Positions 41,877 through 54,975 of a DNA stretch of 64,000 nucleotides are shown piece after piece. Positions within the stretch are counted from its first letter, which is position 1. Every line of letters begins with the position of its first letter. The notes under the pieces are model-generated. The model was not told the DNA's origin, did not search any database, and saw only the letters and a program-made list of their open reading frames with translations. This DNA is from the human T2T-CHM13v2.0 reference genome, Homo sapiens. Both the position numbers and the translations under genes were made by a program. The stretch lies in the NCBI RefSeq assembly GCF_009914755.1, contig NC_060931.1. One strand, given 5' to 3'.

Positions 41877-43611
41877 AGAAATTTCTTCCACCAGATACTA
41901 TAAGTCATCACTCTCAAGTTCTAACTTCCACAGATCCCTAGGGCAGGGGCAAAATGCAGCCAAGTGTTTTGCTAAGGCATAACATGTATGACCTTGGTTC
42001 CAGTTTCCCAATAATTTCCTCATTTCCATGTGAAACCTCAGCAGCTTGGATTTCATTGTCCATATCACTGTCAGCATTTTGGTACCAACCATTTAACCAG
42101 TCTCTAAGAAGCTCCAAATTCCCTCCTCTTACTGTCTTATTCTAAGCCCTCCAAACTCTTCCAATTTCTGCCAATTACTCAGTTCCAAAGCCACTTCCAC
42201 ATTTTCAGGTATGTTTATATTAATACTCCACTCCTCAGTACCAATTTTCTGTATTAGGCCATTTTTACATTGATATAAAGAAATACCTGAGACTGGGTAA
42301 TTTATGAGAAAAGAGTTTAATTGGCTCGTGGTTCTGCAGGCTGTACAGGAAGCATAGTGCCAGCATCTGCTTCTGGGGAGGCCTCAGGAAGCTTTTGCTC
42401 TATGGCAAAAGTTGAAATGGGAGCAGACACATTACATAGCCAGAGCAGAAACAAGAGAGAGTGTGTAGGGGAGGTGCCACGCACTTTTAAATGACCAGAT
42501 CTCTGGTGAACTCAGAGCAAGAGCTCACTTATCACCAAGAGGATGGCCCAAGCCATTCATGAGGAATCTGCCCATAATCCAAACATCTCCCACCAGGCCC
42601 CACCTCCAGCACTGGAGATTATAATTCAACATGAGATTTGGGTTGGACGAACATTCAAACTATATCAGCAACCAATTTAAAACTAAACTCTTCCCCTTCC
42701 CCCACCCTATTCCCTGAGATATTGCTTCAGTAAGTATCTGAAGCTTTCTCAAAGGGCTAGCAATTTAAAGCAGTAGAAGTCAAATGGTTCTTTATTTTTC
42801 TGAAAATTCTGGATTTCTTTGAAATATATGCTTATTAGTCTTTATAAGACAAAACAAAGTGCTATTAAAATTTAGAGAATTTGTAATCTAATTTATTACT
42901 TTCCACTGGAAGTAGACAAGATATACCAGTACGTTTGCTCTGAAAATATTTCGCACTCACACAGTTGAAGAATCTATCAATTCCTGGGCAAGCTGGAGTT
43001 TTTAGCCGAATTTCTCCTTATTTTATTGTATGCTGTTTTCTGTGGTGATTGTTCAGATTGTGAATGACACCAAAGGCTCAACTTAAGGTTCATTTTTCTT
43101 TATATCTTGACTTGGCTCATTTGAAATCTATGTAATTATCTGTTTCTTTAAATAGAGGGGAGAAAAAGACAGAACGCTTGCATTTTCTTTGGAGGTCACA
43201 AAGCAGCAGACAAACCAGCAGTCATCCTACCCTGCCCATTCCAACCCAGGTTCTGGCTCATCCACATGGTTCTTATAAAGATTGTTCAAAGTACACAAAG
43301 CTCTTACAGATGTCGCAGATCTCTGTCTTCAAAGCCATACAAATCAGTTTCATTAATTTAAGCTTTTTGTGCATTTTCTCCCTTACATGGGTAGATCTCT
43401 GTACTTGGATTATATATCCTGTAATGTGCACAAATTATAGATTTTTATGACCAACTACTTTTAAATTTTTGAGAGACAGAGCAGGAGAGAGAGAAAGCAA
43501 GAGAGTGACAGTGAGCACTATTAATGAACATAGATATAGAAAGAAGGGCAGTTATTCATAAACAACTTCAAAGGGCTAGTTACCCTCCTTTTGTGGAGCA
43601 AGGCAAAGGCC

Positions 43612-44232
43612 TTTTTATTTATTTATTATTTTACTTTAAGTTCTGGGATGCATGTGCAGAATGTGCAGGTTTGTTATATAGGTATATGTGTGGCATGGTG
43701 GTTTGCTGCACCTATCAACCTGTCATCTAGGTTTTAAGCCCCGCATGCATTAGGTATTTGTCCTAATGTTCTTCCTCCCCTTGCCCCCCACCCACCGACA
43801 GACCCCAGTATGTAATGTCCTCCTCTCTGTGTCCATGTGTTCTCATTGTTTAACTCCCACTTACAAGTGAGAACATGCAGTGTTTGGTTTTCTGTTCCTG
43901 TGTTAGTTTGCTAAGGATGATGGTTTCCAGCTTCATCCATGTCCCTGCAAAGGACACGAACTAATTCCTTTTTTATGGCTGCATAGTATTCCATGGTGTA
44001 TATGTGCCACATTTTTTTATCCAGTCCATCATTGATGGGCATTTGGGTTGGTTCCAAGTCTTTGCTATTGTAAACAGTGCTGCAATAAACATACATGTAC
44101 ATGTGTCTTTATAGTAGAATGATTTATAATCCTTTGGGTATATACCCAGTAATGGGATTGCTGGGTCAAATGGAATTTCTGGTTCTAGATCCTTAAGGAA
44201 TCACAACACTGTCTTCCACAATGGTTGAACTA
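43612..44232 (-). mobile_element. L1PA8-like 3' end
   Basis: 'gtcatctaggttttaagccccgcatgcattagg'; imperfect TSD aaggcaa..g.ctttttattt. Confidence 0.9.
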
Positions 44233-45262
44233 AAGGCAAGAGTCTTTTTATTTACACAAACGATATAAAGAGAACCAGCAGCCTCCATTTCCCAACTGCA
44301 ACACAAGTTAGCAAAATTCACTGGTTGGTTGCAGCTGGGTAACAGGAAGACCAGGGATACACAACAAGTCAAAGACACACTAGTTATCTGTTTCTTGAGT
44401 TACAATCTACTCTCCATTCTAGCGGGACCAACTTTTTTTTTTCTTCTTAATTGACTTTTTTCATAGTGGTGCACAAACAGATAAACCACAGGGAGGTAGC
44501 CAGAAGATGTCATAATCCTCAAACAAACAAACAAACACAAAGAGACAACCCAGTTTCTCGTCATCTTCCATTGAACAGATACCAGATTGTCTGTCATCTG
44601 CCACCCACAAGAGACCAGATTGTTGGACTATATAACCAAAGCCAGGTTTCCAATGAAAATCATAAAAAATGGTGGCCAATGCAAACTGACTCAGAAACAA
44701 AACATTAAAAAAAATAAAAAACAGAAACACAGAAACAGAGTGAGTGAGTCTGAAAGTGGTATTGTAACATAAGATTCTCTCCAGGAACTGGAAAAGATTT
44801 GCCTTCACTTAAGAGTCCTGTGTGTGGTGCACCTATCTGCCTGTGGTAGTTCAGTTGGCTCTCATGAATAACACCCCAGGTCATCTCAGTGAAACCTCCA
44901 AATCACTTGTACATGCTTTTATCTTTTTATGATATTTTTAATTTTCCTTGCATTATCCATCATCATACCAATCACTAAAATCCCAAACTAAGTTGCTGTT
45001 GTAACAGGGAATCATATTCAACTCACTCCTTCAGGAACATTCCTCAGAGCAGTGGTTTCCAACTTGGATATGGGGTAAAACATCATTGTAAGACACCTGT
45101 CAGCACATATATACACCACATATTGGCTGTGAACTAAGTAAATATGCATGCATGAATTAACCAGCATTTTATGAGTATTTTGTGCTGCTGTGGTAAATAA
45201 AATACAAATTAACTTAGAAATATATGGAATTTATAATCCCTTTTTTGGTCATTGTGTATTTT

Positions 45263-47530
45263 TTTTCCATGAGTTATTGGGGTACAGGTGGTATTTGGTT
45301 ACATGAGTAAGTTCTTTTGTGGTGATTTGTGAGATTTTGGTGCACCCATCACCTAAGGAGTATACACTGCACCGTATTTGTAGTCTTTTATCCCTCATCC
45401 CCTTCCCACCCTTTCCCTTGGAATCGCCAAAGTCCATTGTGTTATTCTTACGGCTTTGCATCCTCATAGCTTAGCTTCCCCTAATGAGTGAGAACATATG
45501 ATGTTTGGTTTTCCATTGCTGAGTTACTTCACTTAGAATAATAGTCTCCAATCTCATCCAGGTAGCTGCAAATGCCATTAATTCATTCCTTTTTATGGCT
45601 GAATAGTATTCCATCATGTACACATACACATATATATACATACACACATATACATATATATGTACACACACACACACACACATATATATATACACACACA
45701 CATATATATACACATATACACATACCAAGTTTCTTTATCCACTTGTTGATTGATGGGCATTGGGTTGGTTCCACAATTTTGTAGTTGTGAATTGTGCTGC
45801 TATAAACATGTGTGTGCAAGTATCTTTTTTGTATAATGACTTCTTTTCCTCTGGGTAGATACTCATTAGTGGGATTGCTGTATCAAATGGTAGTTCTACT
45901 TTTAGCTCCTTAAGGAATCTCCACACTGTTTTCCATAGTGGCTGTACTAGTTTACATTCCCACCAGCAGTGTAGAAATGTTCCCTGATGACCACATTCAC
46001 ACCAACATCTACTGTTTTTTGATTTTTTGATCATGGCCATTCTTGCAGAAGTAAGGTGGTATTGCATTGTGGTTTTGATTTGCATTTCCCTGATCATTAG
46101 TGATGTTGAGCATTTTTTCATATGTTTGTTGGCCATTTGTATAGCTTCTTTTGAGAATTGTCTATTCATGTCCTTATCCCACTTTTTGATGGGATTGTTT
46201 GGTTTTTTTCTTACTGATTTTTTGAGTTCGTTGTGGATTCTGGATATTAGTCCTTTGTCAAATGTATAGATTGTGAAGATTTTCTCCCACTCTGTGGGTT
46301 GTCTTTTTACTCTGCTGACTGTTCCTTTTGCCTTGCAAAAACTCTTTAGTTTAATTAAGTCCCGGCTATTTATCTTTGTTTTTATTGCATTTGCTTTTGG
46401 GTTCTTGGTCATGAAATCCTTGCCTAAGCCAATGTCTAGAAGGGTTTTTCTAATGTTATCTTCTAGAGTTTTTATAGTTTCAGGTCTTAGATTTAAGATC
46501 TTAATCCATCTTGAGTTGATTTTTGTATAAGGTGAGAGACGAGGATCCAGTTTCATTCTCCTACATATGGCTAGCCAATTATCCCAGCACTATTTGTTGA
46601 AAAGGGTGTCTTTTCCTCCATTTTACATTTTTGTTTGCTTTGTCAAAGATCAGTTGGCTTTAAGTATTTGGGTTTATTTCTGGGTTCTCTATTCTGTTCC
46701 ATTGGTCTATGGCCTATTTTTATACCAGTACCAAGGTGTTTTGGTGACTATGGCCTTATAGTATAGTTTGAATTCACGTAGTGTGATGCCTCCAGATTTT
46801 TTTTTCCTTAGTCTTGTTCTGGCTATGTGGGCTCTTTTTTGGTTCCATATCAATGTTAGAATTTTTTTTTTCTAATTTTGTGAAGAATGATGGTGGTATT
46901 TTCATGGGGATTGCATTGAATTTGTAGATTGCTTTTGGCAGTATGGTCATTTTCACAATATTGATTTTACCCATCCATGAGCATTGGATGTGTTTCCATT
47001 TGTTTATGTCGTCTATGACTTCTTTCAGCAGTGTTTTATAGTTTTCCTTGTAGAGGTCTTTGACTCCTTGATTAGGTATATTCCTAAGTAATTTTTTTTT
47101 GCAGCTATTGTAAAAGGGGTTGAGTTCTTGATTTGATTCTCCATTTCATCGCTGTTGGTGTATAGAAGAGCTACTGATTTATGTACATTAATCTTGTATC
47201 CAGAAACTTTGCTGAATTCTTTTGTCAGTTCTAGGAGCTTTTTGGAGGAGTCTTCAGGGTTTTCAAGGTAAACGATCATGTGGTCAGCAAACAGTGACAG
47301 TTTGGCTTCCTCTTTACCAATTTGGATGCCCTTTATTTCCTTCTCTTATCTGATTGCTCTGGCTAGGACTTCCAGTACTGTGTTGAAGAAGAGTGGTGAG
47401 AGTGGGCATCCTTGTCTTGTTCCAGTTCTCAGAGGGAATACTTTCAACTTTTCCCACTCCAGTATTATGTTGGCTGTAGGTTTGTCATGGATGGCATTTA
47501 TTACATTGAGGTATGTCCCTCGTAGGCCAA
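45263..47530 (-). mobile_element. L1PB1-like 5'-truncated element
   Basis: 17-bp TSD tggtcattgtgtatttt (45246-45262, 47531-47547); ORF2 remnants including 45735-46556; CA/TA microsatellite near 45617-45725. Confidence 0.95.
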
Positions 47531-47722
47531 TGGTCATTGTGTATTTTGATGCTCAGTGGATACTAAAGTTGTGTGACATGCATAAGGAGGCAAATAGTGC
47601 TATGAATATTTTTTACATGAAAGTCTTCACACAAGCTTTGAGGGAACTTTACTGGGGGTCGGAGGGGCTGTCATAAATTAATCTCTTTCATTGTTACAGT
47701 AAAGGTAGGAACAGAAACTTAC

Positions 47723-47747
47723 CTAGCATTTACCAAGAGTGACTACC
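47723..47747 (-). other. Candidate 25-nt non-coding exon
   Basis: Minus strand: ctcctccccctgctcctgtcttctcag|GGTAG...GCTAG|gtaagt; stops in all frames. Confidence 0.3.
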
Positions 47748-49029
47748 CTGAGAAGACAGGAGCAGGGGGAGGAGCCTTAATTTTCTTGAAAGAAATTTAA
47801 TGGAAAGAAAGGTAATTTCCTGGGGAAGAAAGGTGGCTTTGTTCTTCACCTTTGTGGTGAAGATTTGGAAGTGAGTTCCAGTTCCATGTTCCTGGGGCCT
47901 GCTCTGTCTTGGGAGGAGCTGTGACATGAAATTATGGTCTCTGAAGCTTTAGTCATCTGGACTGAAACAAGATGGGGTACAAAGACCCTGTGATTAGGTT
48001 TGTGTTGAGAATTGCCTTTCTTTAAAAACTTGTGAAAGAGTTTTCTCTCCACTCAGGGAATATAATGGTGGTGGTTTAAAACCCTTAGTTTAAGGAAAAG
48101 GAATCAAAACCAAAGAAGAATATGAAAACTTAATCAGGAAATGACAGCTTGAGAAGATGGAATGACATTAATTGTGCTGAATATATAATGAGAACACAGA
48201 CTCCTAATTTATGAAGATCTATGCTAATGTTTATGTGAGGGAAATTAAAATACCAAGGGGATATTTACAAATAGTAATGCTTCCAAATAGTCTTGTTTTT
48301 ATAATTCATTTTCATAGCCCTTTTAGAGAATTCTATATTTATGCTTATAATTCACTCTTGGAGCCTAAACATCTTCATATCTATCGCATCATCCTTAGTT
48401 ACTTTGCAGCTCAGACTTTTTTCCTATCCTTCTCACTAGCTCTCTTCTCAGAGTTAAGTACCCACTTTTGAAGAGTTCCCTGTGATCTTGGCATGTTTGT
48501 CCTAAGGAGAACATTTTTCTGACATCTTAGCTAATTCACTGTGTGTATTATTGGGGGAAAATGGTCTTTCCATTTGTAGAGTTTTTGAATTCAGAGAAAG
48601 TATATTTGAATTGTAGACAACTGGTTTAAATTAAACTAGGAAATGATATGCACATATTTAAATGTACACAATATCAGAGCTAATGAAGCAGTTGATTGCC
48701 ATGCAATTTTTTTTTAACTATTAGAAACTTTAATTTGTCTAACAGTTTTTTGTTGTGCTTGGTTTTCTTTGAGTGTGTAAATTATAGGCAGTTTAATTTG
48801 GGCCACATGATTTTATAGACCTAATTTATTTCCGCCATGGTTATATTAATAGACTGTTTTCACTTAATATATAATTTAATCTAAATAGAAGCCTATGAGA
48901 AAGAAAAAAAGGCCTGTTTTGTTTGATATTTAAAATTTAAACTGAAGAAGTTACCTTCAATTTCTTTTCTGTGAGAGGGAAGGATGGGGGACACAGATGA
49001 GGTTGAGGAGGGAGACTGATTTTCTTTTT

Positions 49030-49272
49030 TTTTTTTCTTAACTTTTATTTTTAAATAATTATAGATTTACAAGAAGGTTAGAAGAAATGGATAGTTCCTC
49101 ATCCATGCTCCTCTAGTGTCAACATTTAATATAACTATTGTATAATATCAATATCAAGAAATTGACATTGGCAGAATCTATAGAGCTTATTCTGATTTCA
49201 CTAGTTATACAAGTATTCATTTGTGGGTGTGAGTATCTGTGCAATTTTACTACACATGTAGTTCCATGTAAC
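49030..49272 (-). mobile_element. L1MC 3' end, apparently continuing at ~61596-62850
   Basis: 'aacttttatttttaaataattatagatttacaagaag...caagaaattgacattgg...catgtaac'. Confidence 0.7.
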
Positions 49273-49330
49273 TAGAAAAGATACATTTTCACTTATTTGT
49301 TAATTTTATTTTTATGTTCTCTATTATTAA

Positions 49331-49630
<300 letters not shown>

Positions 49631-50913
49631 TAATATTTTTAAATCAATACATTGTAATTGTACATATTTATGGGGCACAATTTGATGTTTTGATACATAT
49701 ATATTGTATAATGATCAAATCATGGCTGAATAATATTCCATTATATATATATCACATTTTATTTTCCATTCATCCAGTTTTGAACACTTTGGTTGATTCC
49801 ATATTTTGGCTATTGTAAATAGTATTGCAATAAACATGGGAGTGAAAATATCTCTTTGACATACTGACTTCATTTCCTTTATATCCAGTAGTGAGATTGC
49901 TGAATACTACGAAAGTTCTGTTTTTAATTTTTTGAGGAAATTCTATAGAGTTTCCACAGTGGCTGTACTAGTTTGCAATCCCATCCACTGTGTGTAAGTG
50001 TTCCCCTTTCTCCACATCTTTGCCAACACTTGTTTTCTTTTGTCTTTTTAATAATGGCCACTCTAGAGATAGGTAGTATCTCATTGCGGTTTTTATTTGC
50101 ATTACCCTGATAAATAGTGATGTTGAGCATTTTTTCCATGTACCTCTTGGCCATTTGAATTTCTTCTTTTGGGAAATGTCTATTAACATATTTTGCCAAT
50201 GTTTAAATTGAGTTTTTGTTGTTGTTGTTGTTGTTGTTTTTTGCTGTTGAGTTATTTCAGTTTCTATGTTCTTGGTATTAAGCCCTTGTCAGATGTATGG
50301 TTTGCAAATCCCATTGTGTAAGTTGTCTCTTAACTCTGCTAATTGTTTCCTTTGCTGTACAAAGTCTTTTTAGTTTGATGTAGTCCCATTTGTCTATTTT
50401 TTGGTTGTGTTGTCTGTGCTTTTAAGATCTTACTTTAAAAATCCTTGCCCAGCTCAATGTTATAAAGCATTTCCCTCATGTTTTCTTCTAGTAATTTCAT
50501 AGTTTTGGGTTTTACATTGAAGCCTCTAATCAATTTTGAGGGTTTTTTTTGTGATGGTGAGAGGTAGGGGTCTAGTCTCATTCTTCTGCATGTGGATACC
50601 CAATTTACCATGTACCATTTATTGAAGAGACTATTTTTGTTCCCCAATGTTTGTTCTTGACACCTTTGATGAAAATCAGTTGGCTGTGGGTGCATGAATT
50701 TATTTGCGGGCTCTCTATAATATTCCATTGGTCTATGTGTCTGTTTTTATGCTAGTATCATGCTGTTTTGGTTACTATAGCTTTGTAGCATATTTTGAAG
50801 TCAGAAAGTGTGATGCCTCCAGCTTTGTTGTTTTGCTCTGGCTATTCAGGGTTGTCTGTGGTTCCATGTGAGTTTTGGAATTGTTCTTTCTATTTCTGTG
50901 AATAATGTCATTG

Positions 50914-51216
50914 GTTTTTTTTTTTTTTTTTTTTTTTTGAGACGGAGTCTCTGTCGCCCAGGCTGGAGTGCAGTAGCATCATCTCATCTCACTGCAAGTT
51001 CCACCTCCTGGGTTCACGCCATTCTCCTGCCTCAGCCTCCCAAGTAGTTTGGTCTATAGGCGCCCACCACCAGGCCTGGCTAAACTTTTTTGTATTTTTA
51101 GTAGAGACGGGGTTTCACTGTATTAGCCAGGATGATCTCGATCTCCTAACCTCGTGATCTGCCGCCTCAGCCTCACAATGTGCTGGGATTACAGGCGTGA
51201 GCCACCGCGCCCAGCC
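50914..51216 (-). mobile_element. AluY-like
   Basis: 'ctgcaagttccacc', 'gttcacgccattc', 'gatgatctcgatctcc'; TSD gtcaYtggt. Confidence 0.95.
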
Positions 51217-51581
51217 GTCACTGGTATTTTGATACAGATTGTATTAAATCTGATGATCACTTTGGGTAATATAGCCATTTTAGCAACATAAGTTCTTCTA
51301 ATTCAGGAATACATGATATCCTTTCATTTATTTGTGTCATACTCAGTTTTTTTTTCATTAACGTTTTATAGTTTTCAGTGTAGAGATCTTTCACCTTCTT
51401 GGTTAAGTTTATACCTAAGTATCTTATTTTTTTTGTGTGAAATTATTTTCTTGATCTCTTTTTCAAATGGTTTGCTATTAGTATACACAAATGCTACTGA
51501 GTTTTGTATGTTGATTTTGTATCCTTCAGCTTTACTGAATTCATTTATAGCTCTGTTTTTTGGTGGCATTTTTAGGGTTTT

Positions 51582-54500
51582 CTTTTTTTAACTTTTTATT
51601 TTAAGTTCAAGGTACATGTGTGGGTTTATTACATAGGTAAACTTGTGTCATGGGGGTTTGTTGTACAGATTATTTCATCACACAGGTATTAAGCCCAGTA
51701 CCAATTAGTTATTTTTCCTGATTCTTCTCTCCTTTCTCCCATTCTTCACCCTTTAATAGGCCCCAGTGTGTGTTGTTTCCCCTTTTTGTGTCAATGTGTT
51801 CTCATCATTTAGCTCCCACTTGTAAGTGAGAACATGTGGTATTTGGTTTTCTGTTCCTGCATTAGTTTGCTAAGGATAATGGCCTCTAACTCCATCCATG
51901 TCCCTGCAAAGGACATGATCTCATTCTTTTTTATGGCTACATAGTATTCCATGGTAGATATGTACCATATTTTCTTTATCCAGTCTATCACTGATGGGCA
52001 TTTAGGTTGACACCGTGTCTTTGCTATTGTGAATAGTGCTGCAATGAACATATGTGTGCATGTGTCTTTATAGTAGAATGATTTATATTCCTTTGGGTAT
52101 ATGCCCAGTAACGGGATTGCTGGATCAAATGGTAGTTCTGTTTTTAGGTCTTTGAGGAATTGCCACATTGTCTTCCACATTGGTGGAACTAATTTACACT
52201 TCCACTAACAGTGTATAAGCATTCTTTTTTCTCCACAACTTTGCCAGCATCTGTTATTTTTTGACTTTTTAATAATACCCATTCTGAATAGTGAGAAATG
52301 GCATCTCATTGTGGTTTTGATTTGCATTTCTCAAATGATCAGTGATATTCAGCTTTTTTTCGTATGATTGTTGGTCATATGTATGTCTTCTTTTGAAAAG
52401 TGTCTATTTATGTCCTTGGCCAACTTTTTAATGGGGTTTTTTTTGCTTATAAATTTGTTTAAGTTGCTTATAGATGCTGGATATTAAACGTTTGTCAGAT
52501 GCATAGTTTGCAAATATTTTCTCCCATTCTCTAGGTTGTCTTCTCACTCTGTTGATAGTTTCTTTTGCTGTATGCAGAAAGCTCTTTAATTAGATTCCAT
52601 TTGTCAATTTTTGCTTTTGTTGCAATTGCTTTTGGTGTCTTTGTCATGAAATCTTTGCCCATGCCTAGATCCTGAATGGTATTGCCTAGGTTGTCTTCCA
52701 GGGTTTTTATAGCTTTGGGTTTCACATTTAAGTCTTCAATTCATCTTGAGTTAATTTTTGTATATGGTATAAAGAAGGGGTCAAGTTTTAATCTTCTGCA
52801 TGTGGATAGCCAGTTATCCCAGCACCATTCGTTCAATAGGGAATCCTTTCCCCATTGCTTGTTTCTGTCAGGTTTATGGAAGATCAGATGGTTGTAGGTG
52901 TGTGGCCTTATTTCTGTTCCATTGGTCTCTGTGTCTGTTTTTGTAACAGTACCATGCTTTTTTGGTTACTGTAGCCCTATAGCACAGTTTGAAGTCAGGT
53001 AGCACGATGCTTCCAGCTTTGTTTTATCTTAGGATTGCCTTCACTATTCAGGACCTTTTTTGGTTCTATATGAGTTTTAAAATAGTTTTTTTCTAGTTCT
53101 GTGAAGAATCTCAACGGTAGTTTGATAGAAATAGCATTGAATCTATAACTTGCTTTGGGCAGTATGGCCATTTTTACAACATTGATTCTTCCTATCCATG
53201 AGCATAGAATGTTTTTCCATTTGTTTGTGTCATCTCTGATTTCTTTGAGCAGTATTTTGTAGTTCTCCTTGTAGAGACCTTTCACCTCCCTAGTTAGCTG
53301 TATTCCCAGGTATTTTATTCTTTTCGTAACAATTATGAATGGGATTGCCTTTCTGATTTGGCTCTTGGTTTGACTGTTGTTGGTGTATAGGAATGCTAAT
53401 GATTTCTGTACATTGATTTTGCATCCTGAGACTTTGCTGAAGTTATCAGCTTAAGAAGCTTTTGGGCCAAGACTATGGGGTTTTCTAGATGTAGGATCAT
53501 GTCATCTGCAAACAGGGATAGTTTGACTTCCTCTGTTCCTATTTGGATGCCCTTTATTTCTTTCTCTTGCCCGACTGCCCTGGCCAAAACTTCCAACACT
53601 ATGTTGAATAGGAGTGGTGAGAGAAGGCATCCTTGACTTCTGCCGGTTTTCAAGGGGAATGCTTCCAGCTTTTGCTCATTCAGTATGATGTTGGCTGTGT
53701 GTTTGTATTAACGGCTCTTATTATTTTGAAGTATGTTTCTTTAATACCTACTTTATTGATTTTTTTTTTCAACATGAAGGGGTGTTGAATTTTATTGAAG
53801 GCCTTTTTTGCATCTATTGAGATAATCATGTAGTTTTTGTCTTTAATTCTGTTTATATGATGAATCACATTTATTGATTTGCTTATGTTGAACCAATCTT
53901 GCATTCCAGGGATAAAGCCCACTTGATTGTGGTGGATATGCTTTTTGATGGCTGCTGGATTCAGTTTGCCCAGTATTTTGACAAAGATTTTTGGATCTAT
54001 GCTTATCAAGGATATTGGCTTAAAGTTTTCTCTTTTTTTGTTGTATCTTTGACAGGTTTGGGATCAGGATGATGCTGGCCTCATAGAATGAGTTAGAGAG
54101 GAGTCCCACCTCCTCAATTTCTTGGAATACTTTCAGCAGGAATGGTACCAGCTCTTCTTTGTACATATGATAGAATTTAGCTGTGAATCCATCTGGTCCT
54201 GGGCTTTTTTTTTGGTTGCTAGGCTATTTATTACTGACTCAATTTCAGAGATCATTATTGGTCTGTTCAAGGATTCAATTTCTTCCAGTTTCAGTCTTGG
54301 GAGGGTGTATGTTTCCAGAAATTTATCCATTTCTTCTAGATTTTCTAGTTTATGTGCATATAGATGTTCATGATCTCTGATGGTTGTTTGTATTTCTGTG
54401 GGGTCAGTGGTAATATCCCCCGTGTCATTTCTTATTGTGTTATCTGGATCTTCCCTCTTTTCTTCTTTATTATTCTAGCCAGTGGTCTATTTATTAATTT

Positions 54501-54975
54501 TTTCAAAAAACCAATTCCTGGATTTGTTGATCTTTTGAATAGTTTTTCATGTCTCAGTCTCCTTCAGGTCAGCTCTGATTTTGGTTATTTTGTGTCCTCT
54601 CCTAGCTTTGGGATTTGTTTGCACTTGGTTCTTTAGTTCTTTTAGTTGTAAAGTTAGATTGTTAACTTGAGATCTTTCTAACTTTTTGCTGTGGGCATTT
54701 AGTGCTGTAAATTTCCCTCTTAACACTGCCTTAGCTATGTCCCAGAGATTTTGATATGTTATATCTTTGTTTGTATTAGTTTCAAAGAACTTCTCGATTT
54801 CTACTTTAATTTCATTATTTACCCAAAAGTCATTCAGGAGCAGGTTATTCAATTTCTATGTAATCGTGTAGTTTTCAGTGAATTTCTTAGTTTTGATTTC
54901 TAATTTGATTGTGCTGTGGTCCAAGAGATTGTTTGTTATAGTTTCTGTTCTTTTTCATTTGCTGAAGAGTGTTTT
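51582..54975 (-). mobile_element. L1PA13-like 3.4-kb 5'-truncated element
   Basis: 3'UTR 'aataggccccagtgtgtgttgt'; many ORF2 remnants (51809-54852) including SLFADDMI. Confidence 0.9.

Larger units (their letters stand above)
40000..42667 (-). mobile_element. MSTA-like MaLR provirus: 5' LTR 42250-42667, internal region, partial 3' LTR 40000-40118
   Basis: Both LTRs read 'tgtattaggccatt' on the plus strand; MaLR internal sequence between; perfect 5-bp TSD gcaac (39995-39999, 42668-42672). Confidence 0.93.

Noticed and set aside
45735-46556. 273-aa ORF
   Set aside because: L1PB ORF2 C-terminal remnant ending in a frameshift.
38880-47710. 3-11 nt ag|...|gt units (e.g. near 38887, 39134, 42709, 47700)
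   Set aside because: Too short and too frequent by chance in AT-rich DNA to support.
48577-48630. EFLNSEKVYLNCRQLV, resembling the first helix of a RhoGEF DH domain
   Set aside because: Only 16 aa, followed by a stop, with a weak donor and no neighbouring domain sequence.
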